A stretch of 58,608 bases of DNA from Rhodospirillales bacterium RIFCSPLOWO2_02_FULL_58_16 (GTDB lineage: Bacteria; Pseudomonadota; Alphaproteobacteria; Rhodospirillales; 2-02-FULL-58-16), in contig MIAA01000016.1 of assembly GCA_001830425.1 (NCBI GenBank), forward strand, positions 104,055 through 162,662. Direction: 5' to 3'. The notes below the pieces were generated by a model. It was given only the letters and a program-made list of their open reading frames with translations, was not told the origin of the DNA and did not search any database. Every line of letters starts with the position of its first letter. The stretch's first letter is position 1. Made by a program: the position numbers and the translations under genes. Shown piece by piece: positions 37,910-45,781 of the stretch.

Positions 37910-39130
37910 ATGCTGAATGATGGGAACACCGCCTGGATTCTGACGTCCACGGCGCTGGTGCTGTTTATGACCATGCCCGGTCTGGCGCTGTTCTATGGAG
38001 GGCTGGTCCATGCCCGAAACATCGTTTCGGTTCTGATGCATTGTTTCGCCATCGCCTGCATATCCTCGGTGCTGTGGCCGGCCTTCGTCTACAGTCTGGC
38101 GTTCAGCGACGGCGGCGGGGCCAATGCCTGGATCGGCGGATTGGACAAGGCGTTCCTCGCCGGCGTCGGCGTTGACTCATTAACCGGCGATATCCCGGAA
38201 ACCGTGTTCTTCATGTTCCAGATGACCTTCGCCATTATCACCCCGGCGTTGATCGTCGGCGCCTATGTCGAGCGCATAAAGTTCAGCGCCGTGGTTTTGT
38301 TCTCGGCCTTGTGGCTGGTTCTGGTCTATGCCCCGGTGGCGCACTGGGTATGGGGCGGCGGCTGGCTTGCAAAAATGGGCGTCCAGGATTTCGCCGGCGG
38401 ACTGGTCGTCCATGTAACCTGCGGCACGGCCGCCATCGTCTCGGCTCTTATGCTCGGCGGCCGCAAGGGCTTCCCCAAGGAAATCAAGCCCCCGCACAGT
38501 CCGGTTATGGTCTTTATCGGAACCGGAATGTTGTGGGTCGGCTGGTACGGCTTTAACGCCGGCAGCGCCCTGGCCGCCAACGGCTCCGCCGGCATGGCCA
38601 TGCTGGTTACCCACATCTCGGCCGCCACCGGAGCCTTTACCTGGATGACCATCGAATGGATCAAGTTCGGCAGGCCGACGCTGGTCGGCATCGCCACCGG
38701 CGGCATCGCCGGTCTGGCCACCATTACTCCGGCGTCGGGTTTTGTCGGCCCGATAGGCGGATTTGTCCTTGGTCTGGTCGCCGGGTTTATCTGCTTTTAC
38801 GCCGTTATCTTCATAAAAAATCGTCTGAAAATCGATGACTCATTGGATGTGCTCGCCATCCACGGGGTCGGCGGCGCTACGGGCGCCCTGCTGACCGCCT
38901 TTTTCGGGTCCGCCGTTCTGGGCGGCCTCGGCCTGTCGAAGACATCTGTTTTCGATCAGCTTCTGATCCAGGCAACGGGAATTGCCGCCACCATTATATG
39001 GACGGCGACAGTCACATATATAATTCTGGTCGTGGTCAGGGCCTTGGTCGGACTGAGAGTCGACCGTGAAGATGAGATCGAAGGACTTGACCTCACCACC
39101 CACGGCGAAAAGGGCTACGAGTACTTATAA
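37910..39130 (+). CDS. amtB: Ammonium transporter
   Basis: MLNDGNTAWILTSTALVLFMTMPGLALFYGG and later DFAGGLVVH and VHGVGG motifs. AAGAGGA Shine-Dalgarno upstream of ATG 37910. Confidence 0.9.
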   Translation: MLNDGNTAWILTSTALVLFMTMPGLALFYGGLVHARNIVSVLMHCFAIACISSVLWPAFVYSLAFSDGGGANAWIGGLDKAFLAGVGVDSLTGDIPETVFFMFQMTFAIITPALIVGAYVERIKFSAVVLFSALWLVLVYAPVAHWVWGGGWLAKMGVQDFAGGLVVHVTCGTAAIVSALMLGGRKGFPKEIKPPHSPVMVFIGTGMLWVGWYGFNAGSALAANGSAGMAMLVTHISAATGAFTWMTIEWIKFGRPTLVGIATGGIAGLATITPASGFVGPIGGFVLGLVAGFICFYAVIFIKNRLKIDDSLDVLAIHGVGGATGALLTAFFGSAVLGGLGLSKTSVFDQLLIQATGIAATIIWTATVTYIILVVVRALVGLRVDREDEIEGLDLTTHGEKGYEYL

Positions 39131-39182
39131 AATGAAGGCCGATGTTAAGGTCTTGTAAAGCAACTTTATTTAAAACGGCGGT

Positions 39183-41510
39183 ATGGGTAGAACCATTATC
39201 ACCGCCGAAAGAGAGCCGCTATTGCCGGAAGGCGCCGGCGATATCCTGCGCCGCCGCCTCGCCGAAGCAAGCGGCCTTGCGCTTATCGCCGCCGCCGCCG
39301 CCGTTTTGACCGCCCTGTACAGCTACAACCCCGGCGATCCCTCGCTCAACAACGCCACCGCCGCCGCGCCGCACAACTTCCTGGGCGTTCAGGGCGCTTA
39401 TATCGCTGATTTAATGCTTCAAAGCTTTGGTCTCGCCGGATGTTTGCCGGCGCTCGCCTTGACGGCATGGGGTTACAAATTACTCCGCAAGCGCCCCGTT
39501 TCCCTGTTATGGCTGCGCCTGACCATGTTGACTTCCGCCGTGATCCTGCTGGCCATGAGCCTGAGTCTCCTGACCAAGCCTCCGGCGTGGCCGATGATGG
39601 CGGGATTAGGCGGCGTCACCGGCGGCGTGTTAATGGAGCGGGTCATCGCCATAACGCATACCGGCGGCGTTACCCTTTCGTGGATGGTTTTTGACATTAC
39701 GGCAATCCTGGGGATATCGGCGTTGGTTTCCGCCCTCGGCTTTTCCGTAAATGACTGGCGTGCCGCCGCCCTGGGGCTGGGGCGCGGACTTTCCTCGCTG
39801 TTTCGTTTCCTGATGCAAAGCCGCGACGCTATCGCCGCGCTGCCGTTACGGCAGGGAGGAGCCGCCGCCGTCCTTATTGAACGCGGAAATATCAATCCGC
39901 CTTCCGCCGCCCGCTCCGATCTGGTGACGCCGAGGCTGCGTATGCCCAAAGCCGGAAAACGGGCGCGCGCCGCATCTCAAGGAACGCTCGACCTGTCTCC
40001 CGACAATAAATATTCGATGCCGCCCCTCGATTTGCTTGAAGCTCCCCTCGCCGGCGCAGGCGCCGCCGCCATAACCTGCGACGCCCTGCAACAAAACGCC
40101 CGGCTGCTGGAAACCGTGCTCGAAGATTTCGGCGTCAGCGGCGAAATTACCAAGGTCCGCCCCGGCCCGGTGGTCACCCTTTACGAACTCGAACCGGCGC
40201 CGGGAACCAAGACCAGCCGGGTTATCGGCCTGTCTGATGATATCGCCCGCTCGATGAGCGCGGTCGCGGTGCGCGTCGCCGTCGTCCCCGGACGCAACGC
40301 TATCGGCATCGAGCTTCCCAACGTCCGCCGCGAAATGGTCCACCTGCGGGAACTGGTCGCCTCGGAAGATTTTGAGCAAAGCTCCGGAAAGCTGCCCCTG
40401 GCGCTGGGCAAGGATATCAGCGGCGCTCCGGTGCTTGTTGACCTGACGCGCATGCCCCATCTTTTGATCGCCGGCACCACGGGAGCGGGCAAGTCGGTAG
40501 CCATCAACACCATGATCCTGTCGATCCTCTACAAACAGACGCCCGAAGAATGCCGACTGATCATGATTGATCCCAAGATGCTGGAATTGTCCGTCTATGA
40601 AGGCATTCCTCACCTGCTTTCGCCGGTCGTCACCGAGCCTTCCAAGGCGGTCGTGGCCTTGAAATGGGCGGTGCGCGAAATGGAAGAGCGCTATCGCGTA
40701 ATGTCCCAACTCGGCGTCCGCAACATCGCCGGCTACAACGCCCGCCTTGCCGAAGCGCGGAAGAAAGGCGAAATATTAACGCGCCGGGTGCAGACGGGAT
40801 TTGACGATCAGGGAAAGCCGCTTTACGAGGAACATCCCCTTTCCATGGAAGCGCTGCCGTTTATCGTCATTATCGTTGACGAGATGGCCGACCTGATGCT
40901 GGTCGCCGGCAAGGATATCGAAGCGGCGGTGCAGCGGCTTGCGCAAATGGCGCGGGCCGCCGGCATTCACGTCATCATGGCGACCCAACGTCCCTCCGTT
41001 GACGTGATCACCGGCACCATCAAGGCCAATTTCCCCACCCGCGTCAGCTTCCAGGTCACCTCTAAAATCGACAGCCGCACCATCCTCGGCGAGCAAGGCG
41101 CCGAACAACTGCTCGGCCAGGGCGACATGCTTTATATGGCGGGCGGCGGACGCATCATGCGCGTTCACGGGCCTTTTGTTTCCGATCAGGAAGTCGAAGC
41201 CGTGGTCAGTTACCTGAAATTGCAGGGCGCCCCTTCCTACATCGAGGCGATAACCGAGGAAGAAGACGACATCGTCCCCGCCTTTGACGACGACTCCCCG
41301 CTGAATGATACGTTATACGAAGAGGCAAGGGCTTTGGTTGCCCGCGAAGGAAAGGCCTCCACCAGCTTTATCCAAAGGCACCTGCAAATCGGATACAATC
41401 GCGCCGCGCGCATCATCGAGCGCATGGAAGCCGAAAATCTGGTCAGCAAAGCCAATCGCGTCGGCCGCCGGGAAGTCCTCATCGGCCAGAATAATCCCCA
41501 TGACCATTGA
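39183..41510 (+). CDS. ftsK: DNA translocase FtsK
   Basis: N-terminal TM helices, Walker A (LIAGTTGAGKSV), MATQRPSVDVITG, and a C-terminal gamma winged-helix (QRHLQIGYNRAARIIE). Confidence 0.95.
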   Translation: MGRTIITAEREPLLPEGAGDILRRRLAEASGLALIAAAAAVLTALYSYNPGDPSLNNATAAAPHNFLGVQGAYIADLMLQSFGLAGCLPALALTAWGYKLLRKRPVSLLWLRLTMLTSAVILLAMSLSLLTKPPAWPMMAGLGGVTGGVLMERVIAITHTGGVTLSWMVFDITAILGISALVSALGFSVNDWRAAALGLGRGLSSLFRFLMQSRDAIAALPLRQGGAAAVLIERGNINPPSAARSDLVTPRLRMPKAGKRARAASQGTLDLSPDNKYSMPPLDLLEAPLAGAGAAAITCDALQQNARLLETVLEDFGVSGEITKVRPGPVVTLYELEPAPGTKTSRVIGLSDDIARSMSAVAVRVAVVPGRNAIGIELPNVRREMVHLRELVASEDFEQSSGKLPLALGKDISGAPVLVDLTRMPHLLIAGTTGAGKSVAINTMILSILYKQTPEECRLIMIDPKMLELSVYEGIPHLLSPVVTEPSKAVVALKWAVREMEERYRVMSQLGVRNIAGYNARLAEARKKGEILTRRVQTGFDDQGKPLYEEHPLSMEALPFIVIIVDEMADLMLVAGKDIEAAVQRLAQMARAAGIHVIMATQRPSVDVITGTIKANFPTRVSFQVTSKIDSRTILGEQGAEQLLGQGDMLYMAGGGRIMRVHGPFVSDQEVEAVVSYLKLQGAPSYIEAITEEEDDIVPAFDDDSPLNDTLYEEARALVAREGKASTSFIQRHLQIGYNRAARIIERMEAENLVSKANRVGRREVLIGQNNPHDH

Positions 41511-41566
41511 TTTCATGCATCTCTAGCCGTACTAATACACAGACATAAATACAGGACTTACACTCA

Positions 41567-41656
41567 TCGTCATGGCCGGGCTTGCCCCGGTCATCCATGT
41601 CTTTGACGCGGTTCAGATTTTAAGACGTGGATGCGCGGACCAAGTCCGCGCATGAC
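41567..41656. repeat. Composite inverted-repeat element (two 36-nt arms, each with its own hairpin)
   Basis: The left arm 41567-41602 matches the reverse complement of the right arm 41621-41656 at 28 of 36 positions on hand alignment. The right arm contains a perfect 10-bp stem (atgcgcggac/gtccgcgcat). The left arm contains ggccggg..ccccggtc. Confidence 0.6.
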
Positions 41657-41705
41657 GGATGAGGAACCGATTATATATTTTGAACGAGTCTATGCACTAA
41701 CGGCG

Positions 41706-42350
41706 ATGATCCGCAAAATAAAGAAAATGCCTCGCTTGGCTGTGGTGCTGGCGCTGACGTTTTTGACGACGCCGGCAACGGCGGCGCCCAAGGCCGTGAA
41801 TCTCAGCGCCGCCGAAAAAGCCGATGTTGACCTGATAGAGAGATACCTCAACAACATCAAAACGTTGCAGGCCGACTTTCTACAGATTTCATCAAACGGC
41901 GCCCATGCCCAAGGCAAATTGTCCATCTCGCGGCCGGGCAGGCTGCGCATCGAATATGACCCGCCGACGCCCATTGAGATCATCGCCAACGGCTCATGGC
42001 TGATTTATCACGACAAGGAAATGAAACAAGCGGACCACTACCCGCTGAACTCCACGCCCGCCGGCATTCTGGTGGGTGAAAACATCCTTCTTTCATCCGG
42101 CGACCTCACCATCACCGGGTTCGAGCGCGACCCCGGCGTCATCCAGGTCACGGTGGTCAGAAACAACGATCCGGACGGGACGCTGACTCTGGTGTTCAGC
42201 GAACGTCCCCTGGCCTTGAAAAAATGGCTGGTTACCGATGTCCAGGGCGTCGTGACCTCCGTTTCTCTTATCGGAAGCCGTTCCGGGATGCCGCTTGACC
42301 CGGACATGTTCAGTTTCGTCGATCCCTATCCTTCAAGTGATCAAAACTAG
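41706..42350 (+). CDS. lolA: Outer-membrane lipoprotein carrier protein LolA
   Basis: Signal peptide MPRLAVVLALTFLTTPATAAP, then DFLQISSNG...GKLSISRPGRLRIEY. The start could be 41706 or 41727. The 41631 extension crosses the repeat element. Confidence 0.8.
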   Translation: MIRKIKKMPRLAVVLALTFLTTPATAAPKAVNLSAAEKADVDLIERYLNNIKTLQADFLQISSNGAHAQGKLSISRPGRLRIEYDPPTPIEIIANGSWLIYHDKEMKQADHYPLNSTPAGILVGENILLSSGDLTITGFERDPGVIQVTVVRNNDPDGTLTLVFSERPLALKKWLVTDVQGVVTSVSLIGSRSGMPLDPDMFSFVDPYPSSDQN

Positions 42351-43036
42351 GGCGCCAAACGATATCCGCCCTGTTCCGTGATCAGCAGCCGGGCGTCGGA
42401 CGGATCAGGCTCTATCTTCTGACGCAGTCTGTAGATATGGGTTTCCAGGGTATGCGTCGTAACGCCGGCGTTGTATCCCCAGACCTCGTCCAAAAGCACC
42501 TCGCGGCTTATGATCCTGTCGCCCGCATGATAAAGATACTTCAGGATCGCCGTTTCCTTGTCGGTCAAACGCACCTTTTTTTCATCATTACGGTCGGTCA
42601 GCAGCTTGGCGCCGGGCTGAAAAATGTAAGGTCCGATCATAAAAACGGCGTCATCGCCGCATTTGCGACGACTGATATGAGCGCGCAACTTCGCCAGCAA
42701 AACGCCGAGACGAAACGGTTTGACGATATAATCGTCAGCTCCGCCGTCCGGGCCGCAAATTATCCCGGCGCCGGCGTCAGGGCTTGTGAGCATGATGATC
42801 GGCGACAGAACGCCGTTGCGCCGCATCAAACGACATACTTCCCCGCCGTTCATATCCGGCAATCCTGCATCAAGAATGATCGCGTCGAAATGCTCCGCTT
42901 GCGCAAGCGCCAGAGCTTCGGCGCCGGTTCCCGTTCCGACCGTGGTAAATTCCTCACGCAGTTGCAATTGTTCGCCCAACATTTGCAGCAAGGTCGGACC
43001 ATCGTCAACGAGCAGAACCCGCTTGCCGGATATCAT
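42347..43036 (-). CDS. OmpR-family response regulator (receiver + winged-helix), orphan
   Basis: VLLVDDG, AIILDAGLPDMNG and GADDYIVKPF in the receiver domain. LTDKETAILKYL...GYRL in the C-terminal winged helix. No kinase gene is adjacent. Confidence 0.85.
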   Translation of the reverse strand: MISGKRVLLVDDGPTLLQMLGEQLQLREEFTTVGTGTGAEALALAQAEHFDAIILDAGLPDMNGGEVCRLMRRNGVLSPIIMLTSPDAGAGIICGPDGGADDYIVKPFRLGVLLAKLRAHISRRKCGDDAVFMIGPYIFQPGAKLLTDRNDEKKVRLTDKETAILKYLYHAGDRIISREVLLDEVWGYNAGVTTHTLETHIYRLRQKIEPDPSDARLLITEQGGYRLAP

Positions 43037-43117
43037 GGGTTAAATTATCCCCTGTGAATTTGACGCCTGATACTATAATGCGATCAGGTTTCCGGTGAAA
43101 GGCCGCAAGAGAGTTCC

Positions 43118-44302
43118 ATGCCCCGTCGTATTGAAGCAATCGCCATGCCCGCCTCGCGGGAGCCGCTTTCGCTCCTGGCGGTGGACCGCGCCGTATCGGA
43201 ATTGCGTCGAGGCCGCATCGTAGTCATTTATGGAGGAGGCGGAGCGGCCATCCTCGCCCAGGCGGCGGAGGCAGTGACCCCCGAAGGCCTGAATGAGTTA
43301 TCCGCCATCGCCCGCGTTAAGCCCGTTCTCGCCATCACCGCCAGACGCGCCGCCGTATTGAAGCCGGCCGACCATCAGGCAAAGGTAGTGTGCCTGGGCG
43401 CCGATAACGGTCTGACCGCAGAAATAATTTACGACCTCGCCGATCCTCTTTCCGGCTTCCCCCGCGCAGAACCGGACAATCGACTGGAAGCCCTCAAATT
43501 AACGATTGAGGATGCGCCTCCCCACGACTGCCGAAGCGCCGCCGTAAGCCTTGCCAAACTCGCCCGTCTGTTGCCGGCGGCGATAACGGCGAAAATCAAC
43601 GACCCGGACGCCGATGACCTTGCGCGGTGGACCGCCCGCCACGATCTTCTTATGGTTGACGCCGGAGACATTTTTCAATACGAGCACACCGCCGCCAGGA
43701 CTCTGCGCGCCATCAGCGAGGCGCGCGTTCCTCTGTCGGACGCCGAGGATACGCGGATTATCGCCTTTCGGCCCATCGACGGCGGCCTGGAGCATCTGGC
43801 CATCATCATCGGCAACCCCGCGAAGGACAAAGACAGCGCCCTCAACAAGCCGATACTGACGCGCATCCATTCCGAATGTTTCACCGGCGACCTTCTGGGC
43901 AGTCTGCGTTGCGACTGCGGCGATCAACTGCGCGGCGCCATCAAGGAGATTGCCAAGACCGGCGGCGGCGTTCTGCTCTATCTGGCCCAGGAAGGGCGAG
44001 GAATCGGCCTGGTCAACAAGCTCAGGGCCTACGAATTGCAGGACCGGGGCCACGACACCATGGAAGCCAATGAACAACTGGGCTTTTATGATGACGAACG
44101 CATCTACCTTCCCGCCGCGCAAATGCTGCGCAGCCTTGGCTTCACCAATATCCGCCTTATGACCAATAATCCCGACAAAGTCGCGGCGCTTTCACGATGC
44201 GGCATCAATATCGCCGAGCGGGTGCCTCATGCCTTCCCTTCCAACGCCCACAATGAGGGCTATCTGCGCGCCAAGGCGCGACGGGGCGGACATCTTTTCT
44301 GA
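43118..44302 (+). CDS. ribA: GTP cyclohydrolase II with degenerate N-terminal DHBP-synthase-like domain
   Basis: The C-terminal half has IHSECFTGDLLGSLRCDCGDQL and EGRGIGLVNKLRAY. The N-terminal ~200 aa keeps a RibB-like AAVSLAKLARLLPAAITAKI segment but has no RENEGD-type acidic motif. Confidence 0.85.
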   Translation: MPRRIEAIAMPASREPLSLLAVDRAVSELRRGRIVVIYGGGGAAILAQAAEAVTPEGLNELSAIARVKPVLAITARRAAVLKPADHQAKVVCLGADNGLTAEIIYDLADPLSGFPRAEPDNRLEALKLTIEDAPPHDCRSAAVSLAKLARLLPAAITAKINDPDADDLARWTARHDLLMVDAGDIFQYEHTAARTLRAISEARVPLSDAEDTRIIAFRPIDGGLEHLAIIIGNPAKDKDSALNKPILTRIHSECFTGDLLGSLRCDCGDQLRGAIKEIAKTGGGVLLYLAQEGRGIGLVNKLRAYELQDRGHDTMEANEQLGFYDDERIYLPAAQMLRSLGFTNIRLMTNNPDKVAALSRCGINIAERVPHAFPSNAHNEGYLRAKARRGGHLF

Positions 44303-44384
44303 ATCAGGGAAAATTGTGCCGACACTTTCCTCTGAACTGCCGAATAAATTTGCATAACCCCTTGATTCATCAGCATTCCAATAA

Positions 44385-44400
44385 TGGCATTGGATTTGCA
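44385..44400 (+). promoter_or_regulatory. Sigma54-type -24/-12 promoter candidate
   Basis: TGGCATtggatTTGCA has exact GG-N10-GC spacing and a TTGCA -12 element. It lies 37 nt upstream of ATG 44437, which is preceded by an aaaagggg Shine-Dalgarno. Confidence 0.5.
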
Positions 44401-44436
44401 TCTTGGAATATGAAATTTCGAGAAAAGGGGCTATTC

Positions 44437-45195
44437 ATGAACGACCAGATAAACGCCCCGGCTCTCCGGCCCGCTGTGCCGGCGCCGATTGCGCCGCAGC
44501 AAAACAACGAAGCGGAAGCCGGTGGTGGTGGCGGGTTTCAGCCGTTCGGCGCCGACGGACTTACCTTTTCCGACTTCCTTGACGTGATCAACCCCCTTCA
44601 GCATATCCCCATTGTATCGTCGATCTATAGGAACCTGACCGGCGACGCCCTGGGGCCTGTGCCTCATATCGCCGGCGGCGCTCTTTTCGGCGGCATCATC
44701 GGCGGCGCCGCTTCCCTGGTCAACGTCATCGTCAGCGAGTCAACCGGCAAGGACATGGGCGAGCATGTGTTGTCGTTTTTGGCGGATCATCGCGACGAAG
44801 ACGGCGAGGTCAAAATCGCCGGGAACGAACCCTCCGCAACCGCTTCTCCCCAAATCGCCGAATACGCCGAGGTTCTTCAATGGGCGCAAGACACCGCCAA
44901 GGCCGGACTGCCTGCGCCGGCGATCACCCCGACCCTGGTCGCGCAAGCGCCGGTTATCACCGGAGCCGAACTGGAACTGTTGCGGGCCGAGGCCGATGCT
45001 CTGAAGGCCGACGGACAAACCGCAGAGCTTCCGGCAAACCCGTCATCGCCGCCGATAGAGGAGAGCCGGGAACTTTCCGCCTTGGACATGTCTTCCCTGC
45101 TTTTCGACAATATTGACGTTAAACGCTGGGCGCAGAACGAAACAAAAGCCAGAGAGTCCGACCCCCTGATCGCCGGCGGCCTCGCCGCCCTGTAA
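44437..45195 (+). CDS. Hypothetical protein (Pro/Ala-rich, one Gly-rich hydrophobic segment)
   Basis: 252 aa from MNDQINAPAL. It contains FSDFLDVINPLQHIPIVSSIY and a hydrophobic IAGGALFGGIIGGAASLVNVIV segment. I recognise no family. Confidence 0.55.
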   Translation: MNDQINAPALRPAVPAPIAPQQNNEAEAGGGGGFQPFGADGLTFSDFLDVINPLQHIPIVSSIYRNLTGDALGPVPHIAGGALFGGIIGGAASLVNVIVSESTGKDMGEHVLSFLADHRDEDGEVKIAGNEPSATASPQIAEYAEVLQWAQDTAKAGLPAPAITPTLVAQAPVITGAELELLRAEADALKADGQTAELPANPSSPPIEESRELSALDMSSLLFDNIDVKRWAQNETKARESDPLIAGGLAAL

Positions 45196-45214
45196 TAACT
45201 GATATGATCGTTCC

Positions 45215-45781
45215 ATGGACATTGATGTATGGCCGCCGGACATATTGGAATGGCGCGGCAGGCGCCTCCGCTGCGCCTTGGGCCGCAGCGGCGTCGCCGC
45301 CGACAAGCGCGAGGGCGACGGCGCGACGCCCGAAGGAAGCTTTCCCCTGCGTCGGGTCTTTTATCGTCCTGATCGCGTGAGCCGCCCGTTGACCGGACTG
45401 CCCGCGCAGGAGATGAAACCAACCGACGCCTGGTGCGACGATCCCGACGATCCGTCCTATAATTGTTTGGTGCAATTGCCCTTTGCCGCCCGTTGCGAGG
45501 CTTTGTGGCGCGAGGACGCCGTTTACGACCTCATCGTCGAACTGGGCTATAACGACGATCCGGTAAGCAAAGGACCGGGCAGCGCCATCTTCATGCATGT
45601 CGCCGCGCCTGATTACTTGCCGACCGCAGGCTGCGTCGCTCTGGAACTGAAAGACCTGCTTTTACTGCTTGGCGACTGCGACGGATCGACGAGAATAAAC
45701 ATTCATTCCCGTTCTCCGAAAATGGCCGTACCCACCCTGATCAAGGTGGCGCCGAAGCGAATAGCAACGTCAAAGTCATGA
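45215..45781 (+). CDS. L,D-transpeptidase catalytic-domain (YkuD-like) family protein, no signal peptide
   Basis: SAIFMHVA...TAGCVAL supplies the His/Cys catalytic pattern. 188 aa. The 3' end overlaps convergent yggS by 79 nt. Confidence 0.65.
   Translation: MDIDVWPPDILEWRGRRLRCALGRSGVAADKREGDGATPEGSFPLRRVFYRPDRVSRPLTGLPAQEMKPTDAWCDDPDDPSYNCLVQLPFAARCEALWREDAVYDLIVELGYNDDPVSKGPGSAIFMHVAAPDYLPTAGCVALELKDLLLLLGDCDGSTRINIHSRSPKMAVPTLIKVAPKRIATSKS

Noticed and set aside
43059-43079. TTGACG ... TATAAT pair upstream of ribA as a sigma70 promoter.
   Set aside because: The two hexamers are only 9 nt apart, not 16-18. TATAAT (43074-43079) may still be a -10 element, but no matching -35 is present.
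43037-43117. FMN riboswitch upstream of ribA. A TPP riboswitch upstream of the ThiE-like gene (46405-46409) was also considered.
   Set aside because: The spacers are 81 nt and 5 nt, too short for these aptamers, and no conserved riboswitch cores are visible.
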